This document shows positions 36,119 to 44,534 of a stretch of 64,000 nucleotides of DNA, piece by piece (positions within the stretch are counted from its first letter, which is position 1; every line of letters begins with the position of its first letter). The stretch is from Calditrichales bacterium (lineage in GTDB: Bacteria > Calditrichota > Calditrichia > Calditrichales > J004). Both the position numbers and the translations under genes were made by a program. Below the pieces are notes generated by a model. It did no database searches. It saw nothing but the letters and a program-made list of their open reading frames with translations, and was not told the origin of the DNA. Where the stretch lies: positions 1,664,141-1,728,140 of the forward strand of contig OZ254086.1 in NCBI GenBank assembly GCA_965267575.1, in the 5' to 3' direction.

Positions 36119-37975
36119 TTACTTGATAAGAACCAGCTTCTGGCTTAAAGCCCGGCCGGTCGCTACAAGACGAACGAAATAAATCCCGGATGCAAGCTCT
36201 TCGCCCGAATAGCGCTGAGAATGCAGGCCGGGATTTTTTTTGCCTTCAACCAGGGTCGCCACAACGCGCCCGTTGATGTCATAAATTTTTAGGGCAACTG
36301 TTTCGGTCCTGTCAAGCTTGTAGCGAATGTTTATCTGGCTGTTAAAGGGATTGGGATATGCCGGAAGCAGTTCAAATGTTGTGGGACTGTTTGATTGCAG
36401 CCGCTCATCCTGCAGTGACGTCAGGATCAGGTCTTCAGGGCGGTTGCTGTTAACCAGCATAACCGCGTCGCTGAACAGGATATCACCATCGGGCAAGTTG
36501 TGATTATCCAGGCGCAGGAACGTTTGTTCACCCTCCTGCAAATAAACATCGCCCACCTTATGCCAGCGGCGGTGCCCGGGCTTGCGCTGATTGACATACA
36601 CCGTGTCAGCGGGTCCATTGCTGTGCAGAAGCTGGTAAGGTGCCTGCTGATGTGCCGCAAATTGATATATAATCCAGGCGTATACTTCGTACCAGCCTTC
36701 ACGCGGCACCTGCGCGCTGTAAGTGATGGCGGCGGCGTCATTATCGGTAGCGTAAATACAATCGGTATCTTCAAAACCCGGCAAAGTTGTGTAGGTCGTC
36801 CACGACCCGCTTTGCTGCACGGCGCTGCTGTCTTCGTTAATTATGATGGCCGGCAGGCGCCAGTCAGCCGGACGGTAGGGTACGTTTACTTTTTCGCTGT
36901 AAGGTCCGTTTTTCAACGTTTCATAATAAGCGCCCAGCCGCGCGTGATACCAGATCACGTGACCGGTCAGCCCCTCGTTGCGCGTTGTCTCAATCATTTT
37001 TACCAGCTCGGAAGGCGGCGTCTCATTGCTGTTTGCGATTGTCGAGATGCCGGGATAGACCAATGTGTCGTTGTTTGTTTTTTTCAGTTCTTCGTTGAGA
37101 CGGAAAGAATAGCTGCTGTTGCTGCTGTAGTAGACCTGCGGTGTCACCGTATCCAGCCAGCCATTGTTGATCCATGCCGGCCAGTCCTGGCAGAATTGTT
37201 CATAGCCGTACCACAGAGGCGCGTTGCTCACGTGCATTTCGGGATTAACCGCTTTTATGGAATCATACATTTCAGCCATGAACAGGTTAAGCTTGTCCGC
37301 CCGCCAGCGAATCCAGGCGGAGTTGCCGATGCTTGTGGGCGGCTCCTGCCCGTTGTGTTCGGACTTATATAGTTCCACCGTGGCCGAATCATAACCGCAA
37401 TCCAGATCGGGGTAACGGACGCGGTCGAATTCTACGCCATCCAGATCATAGCGGCGAACGGCATCCAGTACGAATTGTATCAGAAATTCCTGGGCATCGC
37501 GGTTTACGTGGCTTAGCCATTTGTACTGCACGCCGCCGTTCGCTTCGAAGGTGGTATTGCCGTTACGCTTTTCGGCAAACCATTCCGGGTGTTCATTAAA
37601 CAGGGCAAGATTGTTTCCCGCACAGGCCTGGAAGCCGGCCTCGAACCAGGCATCCACATTCAGACCATAGCGGTGGCCTTCGGCGATCATATCGGCCATG
37701 ACATCGCGGCCTTCTTCCAGCAGCGGGTCCGTGTAATGGCCCGTTTCTTCATGAAACACATTGCTGCGGAAGTAGGGCCAGCCAAAGCGCCATACATCCA
37801 CGTATACAGTGTTAAAATTATTTTCTGAAAGCAGGCGCATCGCTTCGCTGATTTCTTCCTTGGACGGTATATCGTTACCGGCCCAGGCCAGCCAGGCTCC
37901 GCGTACTTCTCCTGCGTTAAGACCAAAGGCCATCAACAATGTAATTACGATGGAAATAAACAATCTTTTTATCAC
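36119..37975 (-). CDS. GHL10 (DUF187) glycoside-hydrolase-like enzyme + beta-sandwich domain + T9SS CTD
   Basis: 618 aa. GTG start preceded by an AGGGGA Shine-Dalgarno, then a signal peptide. EVRGAWLAW...NFNTVYVDVW...EAGF resembles DUF187. The CTD is AYPNPFNSQINIRY...SGIYFVRL...QKLVLIK. Confidence 0.7.
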   Translation of the reverse strand: MIKRLFISIVITLLMAFGLNAGEVRGAWLAWAGNDIPSKEEISEAMRLLSENNFNTVYVDVWRFGWPYFRSNVFHEETGHYTDPLLEEGRDVMADMIAEGHRYGLNVDAWFEAGFQACAGNNLALFNEHPEWFAEKRNGNTTFEANGGVQYKWLSHVNRDAQEFLIQFVLDAVRRYDLDGVEFDRVRYPDLDCGYDSATVELYKSEHNGQEPPTSIGNSAWIRWRADKLNLFMAEMYDSIKAVNPEMHVSNAPLWYGYEQFCQDWPAWINNGWLDTVTPQVYYSSNSSYSFRLNEELKKTNNDTLVYPGISTIANSNETPPSELVKMIETTRNEGLTGHVIWYHARLGAYYETLKNGPYSEKVNVPYRPADWRLPAIIINEDSSAVQQSGSWTTYTTLPGFEDTDCIYATDNDAAAITYSAQVPREGWYEVYAWIIYQFAAHQQAPYQLLHSNGPADTVYVNQRKPGHRRWHKVGDVYLQEGEQTFLRLDNHNLPDGDILFSDAVMLVNSNRPEDLILTSLQDERLQSNSPTTFELLPAYPNPFNSQINIRYKLDRTETVALKIYDINGRVVATLVEGKKNPGLHSQRYSGEELASGIYFVRLVATGRALSQKLVLIK

Positions 37976-37990
37976 GGTTTTCCCCTATAC

Positions 37991-38012
37991 AAAAAAGGGG
38001 GCCGCAGCCCCC
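37991..38012 (-). terminator. rho-independent terminator between two co-directional genes
   Basis: On the minus strand GGGGGC-tgcg-GCCCCC is followed by TTTTTT. It lies 8 nt after the stop at 38021 and 16 nt before the GTG at 37975. Confidence 0.7.
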
Positions 38013-38020
38013 ATATAAAA

Positions 38021-39967
38021 CTACTTTATTAAAACCATCTTTCTGGTGGATATAATCCTGTCGTTGGCAACCAGCCTGTAGAAGTAGACACCGCTGGTCA
38101 GGCTGCCGGCATTGAATGTGACCGAATGTGTGCCGCTGTTTTTGTTGCCCTGGTCTACTTTGGCAACCTGGCGTCCGGCTATATCAAAAATCTCGATACG
38201 CACGTCTGCTTTGCGCGGCAGACTATAGGTAATTTCGGTTGTCGGGTTGAAAGGGTTGGGATAGTTCTGCTCCAGCGTAAAGCGGCGCGGCTGCTCAATG
38301 GGCTTGTCGCCGATAGCCGTCAGCGTGCTGCGCACCACGTTCACATAATTGGTATCCGTCGGAAAGTAGCCCTCGCCAAGCTGGTCGACATAGTAATAAT
38401 GGGTAAATTTGGCATTGGCGCCCAGCGGGTTTTTATCCGGGAAGGAAGCTTCCACGCCCTGACCGTTGCTGGCCATGTAGGCCATAACCGCCACTTCGCC
38501 GGTCAAAGCGCCCACACCCGCGTCGTTACGGATTGCGGAGACTTCGGTAACCTTGTCCTCGCCCTCATCGGCAAAAGCCAAAGCACCCTGCGCGGCCACG
38601 TTGCCGTCAAAAAGGTTTTCTTCCCAGCTGCTGCCGTTCCATTTCCAGATGGTGCCCAGAAGGAAATCGGCCTCATCCCAGGGCTCCACTTCATAAACGA
38701 TGTCCGCCTTGAAAGGCAGAGCGTTTATGCCGCCGCGGGCCACCGGTGGTGTCTGTGTGCCGTTGGGACCTTCGGGATCCAAATCAAAGGCGATATAGAG
38801 AAATCTTTCTTCCGTCGGGTCCACCAGGCCGTCACCGCTGAGGCCAAAGAAAACTTTGCCCACGGACCAGGTGAAGAACATATCACGGCCATTGCTAGTG
38901 CCAACGTGATCGGTCGGGAAATAGTCATTGATACCGTCAATGCTCACCACCAGGTTGCTGTCGCGCGGAGCAGAAGCTTTCAGCAGATTATCCATGCTCA
39001 GCGAACCGATGCTGTTAAAGCCCATCAGCGTGATCAGCGAATGCCGCCGGGAATCATAATCCACAACCGCCGTGGCGTTGGGGTTGCTGTTAAGGCCGGA
39101 GCTGTAGAACAGCGCCGATGAGTCGGAGTTTTCCCCAAAATAGTCGTAGGTGACTGTGCCCAGTTCATCCTCAAAATAGCGCACGGTTCTCACCGTTGCG
39201 GCGTAGGCATTGGAGACGGTTAACAGCTTGTATTGGCCAAGTTTTAGTGCTTTCACATGAGACGTGCCGCCGGGTGACGCAAAGCTGTCCGGTACGCTGG
39301 AAATAAGGGTGCCGCCGGATGAAAGCAATGTAGGCGGGTGCTCGGGGTTGGCCGAATTGATCCATAAGTTGCCGTTTGCCAGCGGTGAAATGCCGTGGCG
39401 GGCATTTCCGGGTACCGGTAATACCGGCTGACTGTCCAGGGTTGCCGTAGCGCCGCCGGTGTCACGGATAACAACAACATCGACCGTCTCAAAACCGGAC
39501 GAGTAAAGCAGCTTATCGGAGCCGAATGTTCTTACCGCGAAAGAATCGCCGTAGCGTTTATCATCCAGCGCGTCATCAAATATGGTTTCAGGTGCGGCCG
39601 ATTCATCGGCGTAGCGGTATATTTTGAATGTGGCGCCCGGTGTAAATTGCGGCGCTGAAAGATTGCACACATAGATCGTACCATCTTCGGCCACGTCAAT
39701 CAGGTTGATCGGGTACGTGCCTCCACTCAGCCCTTCGGTATTCATCATGCCAAGGGAGTCGCCGGTGGCCGCATCCAGAATGATAATACGCACGCCGCCC
39801 TTACGCGTAGCCACCAGCACATGGTCGGTTGTGGCGTTATAGGCTACGCCCCGGGTATTGTCGCCGCCGATGTCAATAAATTCGTGGCTGACCCAGTTTA
39901 GCGGGTAGGTGCTTTGGGCAAGCGACATGCCCAGAAACAACCCAAGAAAAAGTAACATTCGCTTCAT
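38021..39967 (-). CDS. secreted protein of unknown function with T9SS CTD
   Basis: 648 aa. AAGGAG Shine-Dalgarno and a signal peptide. The CTD is NYPNPFNPTTEITY...SGVYFYRL...RKMVLIK. The N-terminal region looks beta-propeller-like, but I did not recognise a family. Confidence 0.6.
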   Translation of the reverse strand: MKRMLLFLGLFLGMSLAQSTYPLNWVSHEFIDIGGDNTRGVAYNATTDHVLVATRKGGVRIIILDAATGDSLGMMNTEGLSGGTYPINLIDVAEDGTIYVCNLSAPQFTPGATFKIYRYADESAAPETIFDDALDDKRYGDSFAVRTFGSDKLLYSSGFETVDVVVIRDTGGATATLDSQPVLPVPGNARHGISPLANGNLWINSANPEHPPTLLSSGGTLISSVPDSFASPGGTSHVKALKLGQYKLLTVSNAYAATVRTVRYFEDELGTVTYDYFGENSDSSALFYSSGLNSNPNATAVVDYDSRRHSLITLMGFNSIGSLSMDNLLKASAPRDSNLVVSIDGINDYFPTDHVGTSNGRDMFFTWSVGKVFFGLSGDGLVDPTEERFLYIAFDLDPEGPNGTQTPPVARGGINALPFKADIVYEVEPWDEADFLLGTIWKWNGSSWEENLFDGNVAAQGALAFADEGEDKVTEVSAIRNDAGVGALTGEVAVMAYMASNGQGVEASFPDKNPLGANAKFTHYYYVDQLGEGYFPTDTNYVNVVRSTLTAIGDKPIEQPRRFTLEQNYPNPFNPTTEITYSLPRKADVRIEIFDIAGRQVAKVDQGNKNSGTHSVTFNAGSLTSGVYFYRLVANDRIISTRKMVLIK

Positions 39968-40006
39968 ACATATTCTCCTTTGTCAGGATTTTCGTTTGTC
40001 TTATGG

Positions 40007-40642
40007 CTAAAAATTATACCGGATACCCAGGCCAAGATTGAGCGTCTGCAAACCGGAGACATTTTCCAGTTCGATGCCGGGTTGCAGCGTCGGCCACAAT
40101 TCGCCGATCACCACACGGTAATAGACAACGGGTTCCAGCTCCAGCCTGTTCCAGCTGTAGTTAAAAGACAGGCCGCCTTTAAAGCCCCAGTTCCACTCCT
40201 CCAGCCTTCGCTCGGCGATGAGCGGTATGGGCGGGTTGGCGTCCGGCTCGGCTTCAACGCGCCCGCGGATGCCCTTCCAGTAGTAGAGCCCTCCGCCCAC
40301 ATTGAGGCGCATGGTTATTCCGGAAAATTGTGTAAGCGGATAGAGTCCGTTCAGTGTGAAGGAGCCGTGCTCCAGAAAAAGATCCACGCGCCGCTTGCGC
40401 TCGGCATCCAGGTTCTCGTCATCAAATCGCGCGTAGGAAGCGCCATATTCCAGGTACCATTGGTTGTCTGCCTGCTTGCCGAACTTAACGGCAATGGCCG
40501 GCGCCGGGTTAAACCAGTTGGCCAGTTCTCCGATCGGTACACTGTACTCCGGCTGCACCGAAACAGACCAGCCGCCTTGCTGCGCCTGCAGCGGTAAAAG
40601 CAATCCGCCGCATAAAAAAATGAATGCAATCTTTTTAAGCAT
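40007..40642 (-). CDS. small outer-membrane beta-barrel protein
   Basis: 211 aa with a signal peptide (LLLPLQAQQ), alternating beta-strand pattern and an OMP-type C-terminus ...GIRYNF. Confidence 0.5.
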   Translation of the reverse strand: MLKKIAFIFLCGGLLLPLQAQQGGWSVSVQPEYSVPIGELANWFNPAPAIAVKFGKQADNQWYLEYGASYARFDDENLDAERKRRVDLFLEHGSFTLNGLYPLTQFSGITMRLNVGGGLYYWKGIRGRVEAEPDANPPIPLIAERRLEEWNWGFKGGLSFNYSWNRLELEPVVYYRVVIGELWPTLQPGIELENVSGLQTLNLGLGIRYNF

Positions 40643-40650
40643 TTTTAAAC

Positions 40651-41514
40651 CTAATATTTGATGACCAGGCCAAACTGCAGCATCATTTTGTAGTAGACAG
40701 GAAAATCACGCTGATCGCCGGCCGGTATGTTGAATAATTTCTCCAGTGGTTCGACGAGATCACGATCGATATAGCCCACCATACGCCCATCAAGCTCCAG
40801 GTCAAATCCGGGACTGAGCGTATAGGTGACACCCAGCGCCGGAGCAATAAAAAAGCGTGTGCCGTCTTTGGGCGGTGCGAAGTGGGTCAGGTCAAAGTCG
40901 TAATTATAATCGTACTCTTCGGTCGAAGTGGAATCCAGTTTGAAACGTTTGATCCAGTGCTCGTCCATGCGCAGTTCGCGTGTGTAGAGGCTGGCGCCCA
41001 CACTCAGTTCGGCGTTGACCTGCCACTTTTCCAAAAGGCGTTCACTCCAGGAAGCGCCAATGCTCAGGCGCAGCTCTTTCAGCGATTGTATCGGTTCAAA
41101 CACGGCGGAGTAGATGCCATCGTTACTTTCATAGCGCAGTGTGCGGTTCACTTCCGCCAGGTCATTGCCGCGGGCACCAATGAATTCCAGGTAAGTGTCT
41201 TCCCAGTAGGGCCAGTTCCATTCGGTCAAAACATCATCCTGGTAGAGACGTTGGTTGTCGTAGCTGACGCGGAAGATCCCTTTGAGCTTTTCGGTAAACT
41301 TGTAGCGGAATTCCCCGGAGAAGTTAAAGCCACCGTCAATGCTGTCAGGCAGGCCCAGGTAATGGGCGCCGATGCCGGTGTTTTCCGCGCTGCGCGTTCT
41401 GTCCAGAATGTTGATGTGCCCGGCGCTGAATTTTACTTCCAGCGGCAGGTTTTGAGCTGCGCTTGATGTCAGCAGAAGAAACAGGGTTATCGGAATAATC
41501 AGGAAATAACGCAT
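40651..41514 (-). CDS. outer-membrane beta-barrel protein, unknown family
   Basis: 287 aa with a signal peptide (LLLTSSAAQ) and an OMP-type C-terminus ...GLVIKY. Its start abuts the upstream stop (41514/41515). Confidence 0.5.
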   Translation of the reverse strand: MRYFLIIPITLFLLLTSSAAQNLPLEVKFSAGHINILDRTRSAENTGIGAHYLGLPDSIDGGFNFSGEFRYKFTEKLKGIFRVSYDNQRLYQDDVLTEWNWPYWEDTYLEFIGARGNDLAEVNRTLRYESNDGIYSAVFEPIQSLKELRLSIGASWSERLLEKWQVNAELSVGASLYTRELRMDEHWIKRFKLDSTSTEEYDYNYDFDLTHFAPPKDGTRFFIAPALGVTYTLSPGFDLELDGRMVGYIDRDLVEPLEKLFNIPAGDQRDFPVYYKMMLQFGLVIKY

Positions 41515-42459
41515 CTACAACTCCATCATCAGGGTATAGCGCATGGTGCTGTCCAGGTAATCATGCTGCATCCAGCCAAAATCAAAGCGCACGTTGCGGC
41601 CCTTAAAATCAAAGCGCAGACCACCGCCCAAACTGAGGTTTTCATCTTCCAGGCCGAATTTATAGCCGGCGCGGGCCACAAAGCGTTTCCACAAAACCTG
41701 CTCCAGGCCAAGCTGCACATACTCGCTGATATCATTGGGATGGGCCGCCTCGGCGATCAGGGTTAAATAGGTGTCTTCGCCACGCTCGCCCCACACCTCC
41801 GCGGAAGCGCCCAGCTTAAGCATCTGCGGCATTTTGAATTTCTCTTCCAGGTATTTGGCCTCCAGCCCGAAGTGCTGCAGGTAAGCGCCGATGCGCAGGC
41901 TGTGAAAACGGGTAAAGTAGAGAAAGCCGATATCCACTACCACGTTGTCCGCGCTGTATGTGTCGATCGTTTCATTGACATATTTGACCGTGCCGCCAAA
42001 ACTGAACAGGTCGGTCAGACGCCGCGAGTAGGTTAAGCCGATCGAATAGGCCGACGCGCTGTACGTGCCCAGGTCAACAAAGGAGCCGCCTTCCGTCGGG
42101 AAGGGGTTGCGTGTTTTGGCCATCTCGCCAAAATCGAAATAGATCACCTGCAGGCCGATGGTGCCTAGTCCGGGCCGGTTAAAGGTAATGCCCGCCGCCT
42201 GGTGTGTTGTCTCCACGTACCAGCTGGCATAAGTAAGCTGGGCGCTAAGCGTCTTATCAGACAAACTGGCCAGGGCCGGGTTCATGCTCAGGCCCTCAAC
42301 ACCGGCATCGGGCAGGGTTATACCCGTTTCGCCCAGGCCGACATAGCGCGCGGAAACCGGGATATTTAAAAAGACAAATCCCGTGGTGCCTACTTTGGAA
42401 AAATCCTGCGCCGGCAAAACGGTTGCAAGGATCAGTAAAATGATAATGTGACGTTTCAT
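41515..42459 (-). CDS. PorV/PorQ-family (FadL-like, UPF0164-type) outer-membrane protein
   Basis: The track start is TTG 42492; I prefer ATG 42459 (MKRHIIILLILATVLPAQ). GTTGFVFLNIPVSARYVGLGETGITLPDAGVEGLSMNPALASL matches the N-terminal PorV/PorQ signature as I remember it (G..FL.I...AR..GMG.A......D......NPA.LA). Confidence 0.6.
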   Translation of the reverse strand: MKRHIIILLILATVLPAQDFSKVGTTGFVFLNIPVSARYVGLGETGITLPDAGVEGLSMNPALASLSDKTLSAQLTYASWYVETTHQAAGITFNRPGLGTIGLQVIYFDFGEMAKTRNPFPTEGGSFVDLGTYSASAYSIGLTYSRRLTDLFSFGGTVKYVNETIDTYSADNVVVDIGFLYFTRFHSLRIGAYLQHFGLEAKYLEEKFKMPQMLKLGASAEVWGERGEDTYLTLIAEAAHPNDISEYVQLGLEQVLWKRFVARAGYKFGLEDENLSLGGGLRFDFKGRNVRFDFGWMQHDYLDSTMRYTLMMEL

Positions 42460-42527
42460 CGCTTTGGCTTTGGTTTGTCCGCTCTTCCGCAACGGACGTG
42501 TATGAATTTTCGCTACAGAATCTCCGG

Positions 42528-44534
42528 TTATTTCACGATGGCGAATTTACCTTTTCGGACATCGCCCTGTTCATTCTCAATGTGATAGAAGTAGAGCCCG
42601 CTTTTTACAAGCTGCCCGAACTGGCTAACCTGGTTCCAGGCAATCACGCCGGATTCGGGGTTGTCGTGTTCGATTTTTCTCACCAGGTCACCACGTACGG
42701 TAAAGATGCGCAGGGTGCATTTACGCGGCACGTTTACGAATTGTATGATGTTGCCGTCGCCCAGACCCGGCAGACCGGAATTTCGGTAAAACGGGTTGGG
42801 CGAAACAGCGATGTCTTCCAGGCTTCTTTCCGTAGGACGCAGGGTGCTGCGCACCGGGAATGATGTTTTATTGGCAAACAGCGATGACTCCAGCGGCGGC
42901 ACTTCCACGGTGGGGTCAACCGCCCAGGAACCGTGCCCGTTGTCGTAGCTGGTAACCGCGTAGTAGTATGAATAGCCCAACGCCACATCATTGTCGATAA
43001 AGCGGTAAGTGCCACTGGCTGCGTCGTAAAAATCCTCGTCCCCGATAGAAATATCGGCAATTTCCTCCCATGGACCTATCGGCAGCCGGAAGCTGCGGTA
43101 GATACGATATCCGGCAACATCAACAACGCCCTGGTGCGGATCGGGGATTGTTTCAACTGTATCCCCGAACGTGACCACATTGGCGATAACACCACCTTCA
43201 TCAAGCGAGTTGACGCTGAATTCCGGTCCGGGCGGCGGCATCGGTACAATATAATTATTGGCGTAGGTCTGGCTTACGCGGTTGCTGAGATAAGTCACTG
43301 CGGAATCACCGGCTGCGCGGATGGTCTCTTTAGTTGAGGAAGGATCTATGGCTGTTTTATAGTCGGCGCCGCCCACAAACTGCGCGATAACAATTTTGAC
43401 CGAATCACGACCACGGGCCTGCAGCGTGTAGGGGCCCAGCGAAAAATTAGCAAGCGTGCGGCTGCGGCCCATCGCGGGATCATCCGCAGAGCTGAAAGCA
43501 TCGGAAAGTTTGCTTACATCTTCCATGGCCTCGTATTTGGCATCCAGGCCCGTAACACCTAAAAACGGTGCGGTGGAGCTGCCCGAAGGAGGCGCCGTGG
43601 ACCAGGTAAAGCCGTTGATGCGATTGGCCACGCCAAATGTATCCGGCGAGATATATAAAAATTTGATGCCCGCGTGTCCGTGAGCGATAAACTCCGGTTC
43701 GGTATCAAAATTGTCTTCAACGGGATCATAAACCTGGTTCTCAAAATAGTCGTAGCTGTCATCAACGCCGGGGCTGTCCTTGAAATCACCCGCCCAGAAG
43801 GTCAGCAGCCGTTCGTTCGGGTCCCAGTAGCTTTCCACGTTACGCGCGCCCGACGTCAGGTTGGGATAAGTTAGATTCCAGCCGCGGTTATTTGGCGATA
43901 AGGCGTATGTAAATAAAAGATAAACACCTTCCAGATCGTTGCGGCGGTTGACGTTGGTTAAAATGTATTCGCTAATAATGTAGTCCTGGTCTACTTCGGA
44001 GCCGGACCATTGCCGCACAACGCGGCTAACGCTCACCGGTATATTCTGGTTGTCTGTAGGCTGGAACCAGGCCCCGTTAAATTCCCAGTTGGTTTCAACG
44101 ACTTCTTCGGCGTCGAATGGATTCTGGGCCAGGTGCCAGTTGGCGCCATCCTTATAGCGCGAACGGTGGCGCGAAACGAGATAGCGGTTGGCGTCGCCGC
44201 TTATGCCGACCGATGCTACACTGTTAACGGCAAAGTCATCCCAGCCGTAGACCGTTCCGGAATCGGTTTTGGCCGTAATAAAAAAACCGCCGGTAACAAG
44301 GTAGCTGTTATAGCCGCCAATGTTCACGGACAAACTGTCCTGATTGTATCCCGGCCAGTCAAGACCGTAGCCGTTGCGCTGCCAGGCCGTCATCGGCGCG
44401 ACATCCTGAGAGAAATGAAGCGAATGCCAGAGCCTGCCCCTGTCAAGGATTATAAAATTACCCTCTGTAAGCTGAGCAAACGCCGAAGTCGAAGTCAGTA
44501 TCAGAAGTACGAATATGATATTTTTCAATCGCAT
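42528..44534 (-). CDS. secreted protein of unknown function with divergent T9SS/FlgD-Ig-like C-terminal domain
   Basis: 668 aa with a signal peptide (STSAFAQ). The C-terminus is VSPNPFYRNSG...CTLRIFTVRGDLV...SGLYFYHIENEQGDVRKGKFAIVK. Its ATG abuts the TBDR stop (44534/44535). Confidence 0.6.
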   Translation of the reverse strand: MRLKNIIFVLLILTSTSAFAQLTEGNFIILDRGRLWHSLHFSQDVAPMTAWQRNGYGLDWPGYNQDSLSVNIGGYNSYLVTGGFFITAKTDSGTVYGWDDFAVNSVASVGISGDANRYLVSRHRSRYKDGANWHLAQNPFDAEEVVETNWEFNGAWFQPTDNQNIPVSVSRVVRQWSGSEVDQDYIISEYILTNVNRRNDLEGVYLLFTYALSPNNRGWNLTYPNLTSGARNVESYWDPNERLLTFWAGDFKDSPGVDDSYDYFENQVYDPVEDNFDTEPEFIAHGHAGIKFLYISPDTFGVANRINGFTWSTAPPSGSSTAPFLGVTGLDAKYEAMEDVSKLSDAFSSADDPAMGRSRTLANFSLGPYTLQARGRDSVKIVIAQFVGGADYKTAIDPSSTKETIRAAGDSAVTYLSNRVSQTYANNYIVPMPPPGPEFSVNSLDEGGVIANVVTFGDTVETIPDPHQGVVDVAGYRIYRSFRLPIGPWEEIADISIGDEDFYDAASGTYRFIDNDVALGYSYYYAVTSYDNGHGSWAVDPTVEVPPLESSLFANKTSFPVRSTLRPTERSLEDIAVSPNPFYRNSGLPGLGDGNIIQFVNVPRKCTLRIFTVRGDLVRKIEHDNPESGVIAWNQVSQFGQLVKSGLYFYHIENEQGDVRKGKFAIVK

